Source of the DNA: Laetmonice hystrix
Taxonomy: Eukaryota
DNA: 64,000 nucleotides
Assembly (NCBI GenBank): GCA_965235115.1
Contig: OZ249438.1
Location: forward strand, 32,054,001 to 32,118,000
Direction: 5' to 3'
The first letter of the stretch is position 1, and every line of letters begins with the position of its first letter. The translations under genes were made by a program, and so were the position numbers. Positions 41,454-53,220 of this stretch are shown piece by piece. Below the pieces are notes generated by a model. It was not told the DNA's origin, did not search any database, and worked only from the letters and a program-made list of their open reading frames with translations.

Positions 41454-41630
41454 CCAGGGCCCGGTTTCAGAAAGGTTAGCATAATCTTAACTTAAGCTCT
41501 GCTTAGCCTTTTAGGACCCCTGATTGGCTGGTCCTCTGCTGCTCGGCGTCAACCAGCCAATCAGGGGTCCTAAAAGGCTAAGCAGAGCTTAAGTTAAGAT
41601 CATGCTAACCTTTCTGAAACCGGGCCCTGG
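41454..41630. mobile_element. MITE / foldback element of 177 bp
   Basis: 79-bp inverted arms at 41454-41532 and 41552-41630 have one mismatch and a 19-bp spacer. The termini are CCAGGGCCCGGTTTCAGAAA. Superfamily not determined. Confidence 0.85.
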
Positions 41631-42555
41631 CCCCTAAACCTCGGTCGCCCGACCTCCACAAAATCTTACCCCTACCTGCCCTTAGCTCACTACCCCTACT
41701 TTCATGGGAATGTAACCACAGGGAACCAACCCACAGCCACCGCTGCCCAGTCTATTTCCATGACCTCCATTACTGTACGTACAATCATCGATCATGCTTG
41801 CTGAAATTCCTCATCATTGGCATTATATACACAAGCTAGGCCGATTGTGTGTGTGTATTTTCTGCGCCATTTGATATTCAATTTCTATCCCAAATACGAT
41901 TCGGATCTGTCACCGCCAACTCCCGAGGTACACTATAGGTCAACGACATAGAGTACCTGCCGTATGTTATAACAATTATATTCTCCGTAAGGCAATGTTA
42001 ACCTGAGGGAAGATCAGTCACCGGTCACTCCTAGAAGCTTGCATTAGAAAATTATGCCAATTTCAACCATTCAATACTCTCTACAACAGTCTGGTTGGGT
42101 TATTGGCTGTCCTGAGGAGTTGCACCTCCTACCTATACCAATTCCAAAGAATCGTGCTCATTTCTAAAATCTAAATATCAGAATTATCACAACAAAAGTC
42201 TGTTCATCAAGTACATTGTACACTCCCAATTTAAAGCTTCTGACCTTGTTGCTTTGTGATAAACTGAACTTTTTCCATGCATTGTTCTCTACTTCTGATA
42301 CTGATAACAAATTTTCATATCTATCGATTTTCCAAACTAGTGAAATGATAAACTGCCAAGGTGTAGACTGTCGCCACCGTTAGACCGAACCTGAGTTTGC
42401 ACGAGTTGTTGGTGGTCCTGCCAGCCTGGACAAGCCGAGGTCTTGGCTGCCCTCAGGTTGTCCGATACCGGTCAATGATACCGTCAGGACACATCAAACA
42501 CTTCCTTCATACTCGTCTATTGTCCCGATGACCACACCCATCCAACCCACTCCGC

Positions 42556-42575
42556 TGACCTCTGACCCCTGACCT
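42556..42575. promoter_or_regulatory. Three nuclear-receptor half-sites in tandem DR1 spacing
   Basis: TGACCT-C-TGACCC-C-TGACCT. Confidence 0.35.
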
Positions 42576-45575
42576 GCTTTCTCCGCTGGCTGACCCCTAA
42601 TACTGTGAAGTCCACGGCCTGAGCTGGAGTCATTAGTCTAGAGGTAGGAGTCGAGGCAGTCCTCTTCCCTTCAGTTCCCTGTGACCCTCCATCACAACTC
42701 GCGTGCCCCCGCTGCTCGTTCTAAGGACAAACGCCTCCCTACACTCTACTCAGTCAACACCGTAATACCCAGTAACCATCACCACGTTTGACCTTGTCCC
42801 ATTGACAAACTCAAACATTTGACAAGAAGTCACACAGGCTATAAAGGTTACAAGGCTCTTGTATATATTATGCCCTACTGACACATACTATTTACAGTTC
42901 TTCTTAAATTATGGGATATCATTCTTTTTTTTCACTTAAGAGATTATCAAAAATGGATTGATCCACTGACAGACCTCCGATGTAGAGACGTAAAGTCACC
43001 ACTGCTCACTTGGTGACTCTTACACTAAACATCCTACCCAAAATGTACGTCTAACATTAATCAGCTGACCCACTACCAATGCCATGTTCTGCCATGACCA
43101 CTTTTGTCTTCTCTAAGGGAAAGCCCCTGAAGATTGATGGGTACCAGCCTTTATAATTTCTGCCAGCACTTTTTCTATCCCCTTTATAAACAGCAACATC
43201 AAACACCCTACACGGACATAACCCTCTTCAACATAACATTCTTAAGAAAATTATCAGCGCGGGTATTGTTGTCATGACAATGCACCGAACGACCCTGTGT
43301 ATTGATATTCTGTACCGAATAACCTCCCAGAAAGCAACAGGTGACCACTTGGGTTGTTCCCGGAGGCAGGGCACTATATTTACCTGCCTTGGACAGGAAG
43401 GAGCGCGACATTTCACCCCAGGGGTCACTCGCCCTCATCGGCTTCTCGTTAACCCAAAATTTAATTTTCGGCGCAACTGAATGTCAGTTTCCTGTCCATG
43501 CCGACATGAGGGCCGCATGTCTTCCCAATTATTTCCCATTATGCAAAGAAACAGGAGCTCCATCTCGTGGTCATAAATGGGTGTCGTATGGCGCGTTTCT
43601 TATCGGTACTCTTGGATTAAATCCTGACAGAAGTGGTCGGTGTTGAGCCGGGAGTCGTGATAAGTGAATCAGGCCGGGGCCGATTAACGTGGTGGTCCGG
43701 CAGCACCCAGCGCATGCAGCCACTGACTGGGCGCCAAGCCGGGGCACCACTGATGGACCACTCACCCACCCTCCCCATCTAACGTGGGCCATCTGTCCCT
43801 CCATAACATCACAGACCCCCAGCAGTGTGCACCTTCCTAACCAACTCGGCTAGTCCGGTTCACTCCACCCACAACAAAACACTTCCCTTCAAAAAAACAC
43901 CGTTTCCTCTCTTCATCACTGCCATATATGGTTCATCTGGGCACGTCTAGGAACCCTTTTTACATTCACCAACTTGTGTTCCCTTCCTCGTAATTACGTC
44001 ATAGTATCTTACTTAACCTTTCAGCAGAAAGACAGAAAACAGAAATGCCATCCCGAAAATAATTGAACTACCTAAATCACTGGCCATAGCTACACGACTG
44101 AGAACTTATGTTAAAAAATTACAAGAAAAATACCCTTGAATACAAGCTTGCATGGGTGACATTTCATTTTCTGACGGCTCCACAGGTCGACTCACTTCAG
44201 TCCACTCGAAACCAGGACAGAAATCAAAATAATTCGGCACTATATCGCAGCCCTCAGAGAATGTCCAGAGAATTTAAACACTTCAGTGGCACTGTCAATG
44301 GTTGCTATGTTGGCTATCATTCACGGAGTTCCTCAATGGCCGGGGTGTGGAGGGCAGGGTGGGGGGTCGAAGGGAGTGTTATTTGTTTAGAGCTGAAGCC
44401 GTCCGACCCCACCCAACTGTAGCGTCTCAATAAACCATCCAATTGGTTCCGCCACTCCACTTCCGCTATCGGCCACTTGTTGCCGCTTGTGTACGCCGAG
44501 CCCCTCGTCAACATTATAGTGGAGTCAGTCCATGTCGTCCGCCGCACCGACTCGTCACTACACGCTGAGCTCTTGTGACGCAGGGCCTCACCCCCACCCC
44601 CCATCCCGCCACTACCATGGCAACCTCCCAACCCCCCTCTCTTTCTCTAACCCCCGTGCTGTTCAATAGGCTTTCAAATAACAGGGATTCAAAGAGCAAA
44701 GGCTCTGCCTGGTAATGACATCCTGAATCGACCCCATTAAAACGGCCTCCTCTGTGCCAGGCACCACACCTCAGGCCTGGCATTTCTCCACAACCATCGA
44801 CAACTGAGCGTGAGAATCATGACTTGATGACATATATTTTCAGACTTCTGTGGAAAATGTCCACATGAGGCTGACGCGTTTATGATCGATGCCCCGAAGG
44901 AGTGGCCGGTCATATTTGTCATCCGTTGTTGACGCGTCTTTTAGCCTGAACCAAACTGGATCATCTGTGAAATGTCATCCTACGGCGGGCAAATCGCAAG
45001 GACATTGAACCCAAGAGTAATATTTTCTCAAATTTGTACCATTTGTTAAAACTTGATGACAGCTTGCAGTATAGTAGCAACTTCTTATACATTACCAACT
45101 GGAAAAGTACACATTAAATTTCATAATCACTCTTTTGCTGTTCTCAGATGGGCTTATTGTCCATGACTGACATACACCCTGCAGCACTTGGTACATGAAA
45201 AGGTCATTTCCAATTCTTTCAAAGCATTTGAAGAAATCTGTCTATCAGATTGAGAATTGGGTTCAATGAACTACAGCCAAAAGCCATAAATTGCCTTGAA
45301 GAATAAAAGCACCGCCGCCATGCCCTCCAGGAGGGCATCTTGCGCCTGCCAATCACGCTTGCTCCAAGTGTAACTGACCAAATCACATTGATGCCTTCTC
45401 CTGACAGAAACATAATCCGCCTTAACATGGCGGCACCACAACCACCATTAATGTCCCGACCAATGGGATGGAAACACAGACCGTTTTCTGTTTGAATTCT
45501 CTATGGGTCACCACAAAACGACTGGGTTACTGGTTTCTTTGATTGCAATGATGTTACCGTCACCGACTGCCTCAC

Positions 45576-45672
45576 CATGATCGGGGGGTTCCTGCCCACT
45601 GGTGGCCGCCTGGTCTCCGGCTCCTCTTGTCTGGGTATTATAACGGGTCGTTATCTGGTTGGTGACCACCAC
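45576..45672 (-). CDS. RAD51B: RAD51B internal coding exon (97 bp, phase 0 to phase 1)
   Basis: The minus strand reads tttgtttgttgcAG|GTG GTG GTC ACC AAC CAG ATA ACG ACC CGT...GAT CAT G|GTgagg, giving VVVTNQITTRYNTQTRGAGDQAATSGQEPPDH(G). VxxTNQITT is the RAD51-family motif (human RAD51B has VILTNQITTH, from memory). The phase fits the next exon. It is too short to appear in the ORF track. Confidence 0.9.
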
Positions 45673-48600
45673 CTGCAACAAACAAAGTCAACAATCAGTG
45701 CCATCCTATTGTTCTCTCTCGAGGCTTGGGAAGGAAACCCAAAACCGCAGCGCTAGAGCAAATACTGCAAATGACTTCATGAGCTTTCCTTCTTACAGCG
45801 GTGACGACCTATTAAAAGGTTATTTCTAACTGCTTCTTTTAATATACTGGTATGCTTTATTGTTCTAACCTGAGTAAATGACTTGGAACCTCATATACTA
45901 CAGTATACTGATATATAAGTATCTTTGCATAAAATTAAAACGCCACTGGTCAGAAATTAAGCAAAAAAAAATTCGGGAGCTTGAACATAAACATTCCAAT
46001 TGTGCTAGAGTGCCTGGAATAAAGTCAAGTCTGGAGGTCGATGGCCGTCCGTCCGCCCACCTGGTCCTTACTGGGGGGACCAATCTCTACACGCCGGTCA
46101 TGAGTTACGGTCCACTCTGGGCGGACCAGCCTGTCCATTACCATACAGCCGTCCCCCCAGTAATGGCCGCCCGATAATGGCCTCTTCAAGTGATAATAAT
46201 TAACAGATTGATAAGACACTTGAGCAGCGGTAAGACATGAAGTCTGAGACCCTCCAAGGCTCGCTGGTGGTATAGATTGTGGCCAGGAAATACTTAGGGA
46301 GAGTGCAGCTGGGCTGACTCAACGGGGCAGTATCACTTCCTGGCTCCAGGAAAGTCCAAGTTTGGGGTCACAGCGGTCACAGAATGCCATCATCAACAGG
46401 TTCATCACTGGAGAGTTTGAATGATAACACTCTATTGGCTGGTCAAACAAGGAAAAATGACGTTGCAACTACTGGCATATCTACACAGTGAAGGAACTGG
46501 AAACGTAGGAAGCTGCTTAATTATGTGTGCATACCTTTTTGGGAGATTTTCAAGTAAAGAAACTCATAATGAAGCTATGATCTGAAAGGGCTATGCAATG
46601 CGTACAGTTAACTGTATCGTATGTCGAGTTGTAATTTTGACAGTGAGTTACTGTGTTTGTTAGGATGACATTCTACATATCTCCAACCACTGACAGAGGT
46701 CCTCCCCTCAATCTTCACCATGATGTTTTACCAGGACGCTCGCCTCGCGTCCTGACATCTCCCATCAAGAGATCCGTCCCCCTACAATATCCCAACTGTC
46801 AGACCCACCCAACGCCCGCCAAACACGTGCCCCCCACCCCCCACCACACCACACCAGCTCACAAATATTTCTACCCGACAAGTCAGCTCAAACCGACTTT
46901 AATGTTATTACTTTCACTGACCGGTCAGTGCACGTTTGTAATTAGGCTGCGGCATGCACTGGTCTGATAAGACAATGAGGGCGGGAGGGTGTGAGTCAAG
47001 GATCAGACGACAGAGGGCAGCACGCCGCCACTGCCAGCTGACCGCCGGCGCACGCCACGCGTCTCCCCGGCACCAACTCTGGCGCGTGCTCGGGGGAAAA
47101 AGGGGGAGAAAAACAACATGCTTTATGTCTAGACCCAGCCTGTTGGAACCTTGGGTCAGGCTTTAATTGAAACAGATGAAGGGTTGTTGATTGGACGGCA
47201 GCGAGGTGGAAAGTGCCTGGGTGGGGTTAACGGTGCCCCAGGGTCGGGGTACAAAACCAGCCTGACAAAACCCACCTTGTTGGCTACAGTGGGCGAGATA
47301 TGAGTTATCATGACCGTGGTAGCCAAACCCTCTCCGCCCGCAAATCACGCATCAATGGATCCACAAACCATGCATCAATGGATTATTTTTTTTGTAAAAT
47401 ATACTGTTTTAGTGTTTTTTAAAACAAACATTGTTTCCCTGGAGGGGGGGGGGGGTTCAAGCCCATTTTATGGTAAGATACTGGCCACCCTGACAGGTTC
47501 GCCTAACATAAATTTTCGGTGTTTCTATTTTCGTTCCGGATGGCGCTCTAAACATGGTATATTATAATAAAATCCATGAAAAGTACTTAGATTTAAAAGG
47601 AGTCTCATTTGGCCACGCCTCCCCTCCGACGTGGTACTTTAGTTACTATCCTACCGTGGCCCTTGGTCTTTAAAGATCCATTTGTTCCGTAGACTGAGCA
47701 AAGTACCACAGGGATTGCACTGAATGAGGTGGTTCGTGTTTGGCATCGACTGCTAATGACAAGTCATCATAGGTGACATGGCAGCCAACCATGATAAAGC
47801 TGCATGTTGCTGCATGGTGAGGTCTGTCGGTAGTTTACGGACCCCTTCACTGCCAGCGGGGTCTGGTCACGACACTCGGGTAGAACACGCAGACCACGCT
47901 TGGACACTGGTTTCAAAATAATACCTCACAGAAACTTTAATGGTCCAGTTGCTCTACTTTCTACATGACAGTCTTTATACTTCTACGTATGTTTTGACCT
48001 TCTTCATAAGATATATATTTACTACGAGATCAGTGAATGAATAAGTAAATCATTCTAAATAACATGGTTTGCGGGCAAATCTGCCATATGACAACCTGCA
48101 TTTTATGGATGGATACGGTTTCTAAAGTTTCAAAAGTAAAATTTCAAAGAAAACTAGTCCCATAAAACTGCACTTCGATGGCAGTCCATACCATTATCGG
48201 ATCGCATGGCCCATACTTGGTCACGGTTAGTGAAGCCATTGTCTCCTCACTCATGATGTCAAATTCTGGGTCAATGGCATACAATCCGAGAAGTCTATTC
48301 AGGACCTTGGGGCGGATCACATGGGTCCATCTAACCGCAAGTGTTTCTGATCCTGCTGGCCTATCTCTATAAATGGGTTAGTATGAGCATAGGCACAGAT
48401 AGAGACTACCTCTACGTCTATGGTCTCTGATATGAGTGACGTCAACGATGTATATCTCTCACTGCCCTCACGGCCCCTGTGCATATGACAGATTCTAAAA
48501 CCGCAAATTGTAATGTAAGATGTTCTGCTTGTTTCTGAACATCCGCCTTCTCACTTTTTCTGGCCTATACTATTGTCCACAATCACACATTCCACATCCT

Positions 48601-50327
48601 GTTACGCAAAATATTTGAAGCTACACATCAAAAGATATTTTATCTTAAAAACAAAGGAAAAGAAAAGGAAGGAAGATAACCAAATCTGTGGTCAGCAGAG
48701 AAATCTCAGCTTTCTGTTTCGCTCTCACCTGACCGGGCCAAAGGTCCTGCGCCGATTTTGTTCCCATGGAAGGACGGGAACAATAGGGAGAACCCCATAC
48801 CAGGTCAACCCCCTTCACTATGACAATGGTAACATGAATAACAGGTTGGTGCGGGTACACACCTGCAAAATGGGGTTCAGAATTCCCATATATTTCAAAA
48901 GCCAATGGGTTTCATTGAGACCACCTGCTCGATGTATTGGCCGGAGCCGGTGGTGGGGAGCGGTGACGAACGTACACTGCCTCAGGGTTTCGGAGTACTG
49001 TATCGTGGACCGGCCGGCTGGACCACTCGGAGGTATTTTATAAGTCCGTACCGCGGCACGTCATCACTGCGGTCAACCAACGTCTAACCATGCACCTCAG
49101 CTGACATGCCACTTCCAGGAACCGCCCGACAAAAACAACTCACCGGACAATGACCTACACACAGCCAGGCCCAGATGACGGAATACTTGCGGTTTAACAC
49201 CACAATTAGCGCCTACCCCTGGCTAGTAGGCACCCAGCCCTTTTTCTCAACTACAATAATTCCCAATGGTTAGTCTCGGATAAAAGGTGTTGGGGGACTC
49301 CCTCAAGATGCGGTCAGTGGTGGCTGTCCACTGTGAGTTTAACGTACGCGCCTCAACTCACGCGATCCATTCTTATTAACTTACTTTTAACACTACAAAC
49401 ATGTATACAATTTATCCAATATCTGGGCTGCTCCGGCATCTGCCGTGTTCAGGCACTCACAAGCTTGAAGCAAAAGCATGAAACTGCATGTCTTTCAGAT
49501 AAGCTTCCCCTTCTAAATTGCCCCTTTTACTACTGAAAATATTCCTTCGATCTATTTGATCAGGTTCAATCAATAATAAACTCCCATCACCACCATAACT
49601 ACCTTCTCAAATATCATCAAGTTTCTAAGGTCTGTCACTTTAGGTATCAGAGCGATATCCTATAGCCATCGCTGGGTTTACGATGCCGACAATCTATGTG
49701 TTCATATAGTTATGTTTGTGGTGTGATAGCGTCACAGTCATGTGTCTAACAGATGTGGGGACGTCGGCGAGGTATTTAACAACTATAATATGAATGGGTG
49801 GGTACCACACAGTAGCCAAGGGGGTTATGCGTGTTAATGGGATCATTATATCACAGAGGTGACACAAGTACACCTCATTATACGTGTACCCATACACCAG
49901 CCAAAACTGAACCGATTTCTTGAACTTCTTGGAAGTTTGTCTATATATGGCGTGATGATGGCATACCTGCCCAGATCAGTCGCCTGAGTTCATCATATTT
50001 CAGTGTCAGGTGCGTGTCATGTGACAGTGCTGAAGTTCTGATCTCATACCGTACATGGAAACACTGTCTGGTGATGCCAGCCGCCCCCTGGTGGCTACCC
50101 AGAGCAAACTATATTTTACGGGAAACAAATTGACGAACATATAGTTTTATCGGGAATTTAGCCTATTTTCCTTAATAAAATAAAATAAAATTATTCAAAT
50201 ATAATTGTGGTGATGATTGCGCTTAAATCAAGGTTATAAAAATGCTGTCAAGTTTCAATAATTTTTCACATTTAAATTCAGTTAAAACCATAATCCGTAT
50301 CACGACGACGTGAAAAAAAGGATTACC

Positions 50328-51192
50328 CCCGCTAGCCCCCCGCCCGCTAGCCCCCCGTTTAGACAAGGCCGAAGGTGTAAGAAATGTGTGCCGGTAGACC
50401 CCCGCTCGGCTGTTCCACTCCCCGACACTACCCCCCCCCCCCTCACTAAGGCGTGGACGGAGTGGGGGGGGGGGGGTCAGCGGCGGGCATTGGTGTCAGC
50501 CAAACCTAAAATAGTGGATCTGTTCAGCCAAGAGGAGGCATCCACATCGGTTCATGTGCTGCAGATGCAGGCAAGTCAGCGAACCCCCAAAAGAAGGAAA
50601 AGTATGATAACATTGACTCTCGTTTGCACCAGTTATAGGCTTAGACTATCATGATATGCCACAGATCGATGGAGTCCTATATGAAGGCGGTTGCCATATG
50701 ACGGACAATACTGATCCTAAGTAAGGCAGTGGTTGAGTGTATAACTGTGATTCTAAGTAACACCATAATGGTTGGCAATTTGATGAACAATACTGGTAAA
50801 GTCATGTAGGGATAGTAACGTATAGGCATGTGATGGACAATTATACTGGTCCTAGAATTCAGGTACATGTAGAGTGGTTGAGCGTTGTTTTTGTGCACCT
50901 TTCGGTGAAGTTAATTGAGAAAATTAAATTCCATACAGATTCAGTCCTTTCATTTAATTTAGCAACACCCGTAATCAATTATTTTATTTAGTAGCAGCCC
51001 CCAAATTATTTGTCGCTTGGCTTTTAGTTAGGCCTATCCCTTACCATCCTTGACCGCTGACCACCCCCGACTTTCCACGCATGAGGGGGTAGTGTCTGAT
51101 AGTGGAACAGCCGAGCCGGGGGCTACCGGCACAGATTTCTCACACCTTCGACCCTGTCTAAACGGGGGGCTAGCGGGCGGGGGGCTAGCGGG
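50328..51192. repeat. Pair of long imperfect inverted repeats (core about 105 bp, weaker to about 170 bp)
   Basis: CCCGCTAGCCCCCCGCCCGCTAGCCCCCCGTTTAGACA...GACACTACCCC starts at 50328, and its reverse complement ends at 51192. The ORF track shows near-identical peptides on opposite strands (50310 + and 51034 -). Confidence 0.9.
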
Positions 51193-53005
51193 ATGATACC
51201 GAAAAAAAGGTCTGACCAACAATACAGTGCTGGCTTGTGGTTATTCTATAAATAGTACACCTTCCTACATGAACCCTCTCATGTCTGCCATTGTGGATTC
51301 TAAACTTGAGAATCTTGAGGTTTGAAATAACTTTCAATGCCGGGTGGATGTGAGCTCCACGGCTTGGTGAAATGGTTGTAGCTGGGGTTTATCAAGGGTC
51401 CGGTAGAGGGCGAGCTGTCATCAGGGAGGTAATGAAACCCGGGAGAAATGGACGGGATGCAAAACATGGCGGTCATCAGGCAGCCCCACACTTGGAAACT
51501 CTACCCCTGTTTATACCCTCGTTATCATCGGTCCTTTCACTACACCTTCTCCCCACACACCGGTCAATGACACCACCTATAATCATCAACTGTTTTACAC
51601 CTGCCAGGCTTTTAAAGGAAACCGTTTGGAAGATTACACTATACATTTGATATGGATCCCACGAAACGCACGAAACCATGTGGAAACACTTACGAGAAAC
51701 TCACGAACACTTTGACCATCCAATATGCCCTAGAACGGTTTGTGCGTTTTCTTGAGGACATCAGAGGCAAAGTAGATGAGGAAAATTTGATACGGCGTTA
51801 TCAGTGACAGATGATGTCTTGTCATCACTGACAATGGCCATCATTCAGCACGGCCCATGGACAACTTAACATCACACTTTACGCCTGTTTCTGGTATGCA
51901 CATAGCTTGATAGATTTCTTTGGGGTCTTTGACACTGCCTGAGGTATCACTTGGGTTTGGTTTTCAAATCAAACAAAGACACATGCGGAAAAATAAATAA
52001 TGCAGTCTCTTTACATAAATGGGGCTAAGGAGGTACCAGAATCAACATTGAATCGGTTGGCTGGAAGCATTCAGCACATAAACATTCCCACATTTTGTGG
52101 TTACTAAAATGGCAAACCTTTGGTCCATCGAAATATGTATTTACAACACCCTACATACTACAAACACACCGAAAATCCATTCTAAAAAGCCTAACATTAC
52201 TGTTGACAACTGGAGTACAGTGTTTCTTGTGTTGAGGATAAGGTAGATGAATGGATGGCAAAAACTCACAGTGAGAAAATAAACATCTTCGCACATATGT
52301 TTTGTGCTCATGGTAATTATCTCAAAGTTACTTTATTTGACAGGTTGTCAGGAAAAACATGACTTTAATGGAAAGCATGTCACCAGCCCTGTTATAAAAA
52401 GCTCTCTTAAAGTCAAAAACTTTAGCAAAATAAGTTGCACGTGTTGTGTGGAGTTTACTCTGCTTACATGAAATCCTTTGAACAACGCCTGTGGATTATT
52501 TTCTGAAGGGGGGGGGGGGGGGAGAACGGGTGTTTCAGCATGGCTGAGACTCCAAACGAACCAACTCGTCTAAAGCTTTCACTCTCATTTCCGTTATCTG
52601 GGTTGATAATGTAGCTCAACCTGAGAGGAACATAGCCCTGTCTATATTTGGTCCGCACGAATCCAATCCAAGCGCACGGTGTCTCTATACGACAAGTGAC
52701 AGGTACAGGTATCCCATCATCACTCACCTAGGTTTTAAGGTTCAAACTCCCGGTTTTAAGGTTCAAATTTCCGACAAAATGAGTGCGGGTATAATATTAT
52801 TTCATGACTCTGAGAACGTACCTCATGTATAACAAGATACAGAATGATATATCAGCCGACGGCATACTTTAAATTTTCTAGGCACAATAAATATTGATGG
52901 GAAAGTACTTGCCAAATGCACAAACTCAAATAATCACAAATTGTATAACTCATTATGTTCACTGGTGCCTGATATGGATAAAGGAATATAGAAAGGACAA
53001 GTGCT

Positions 53006-53220
53006 ACATCTTTCCCCTCTATTTTCTTTAAAACGATGGTTTTACTTGACTGATACCGATGGGCGGTATTTCGGCTACAAACACAGACCTGGGCCAACAT
53101 GAATCTTGGCCGACATCTTTCCCCTCTATTTTCTTTCAAACGATGGTTTTACTTGACTGATACCGACGGGCGGTATTTCGGCTACAAACACAGACCTGGG
53201 CCAACATGAATCTTGGCCGA
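53006..53220. repeat. 107-bp tandem duplication with two mismatches
   Basis: The unit ACATCTTTCCCCTCTATTTTC...ATGAATCTTGGCCG starts at 53006 and again at 53113. Confidence 0.95.

Noticed and set aside
45219-45340. SSLNPILNLID resembling Tc1 transposase SPDLNPIENLW
   Set aside because: It is a single degenerate motif, with no TIRs or DDE residues found.
48170-48380. Protein-like minus-strand frame KVLNRLLGLYAIDPEFDIM
   Set aside because: No family is recognisable and the splice sites are not convincing.
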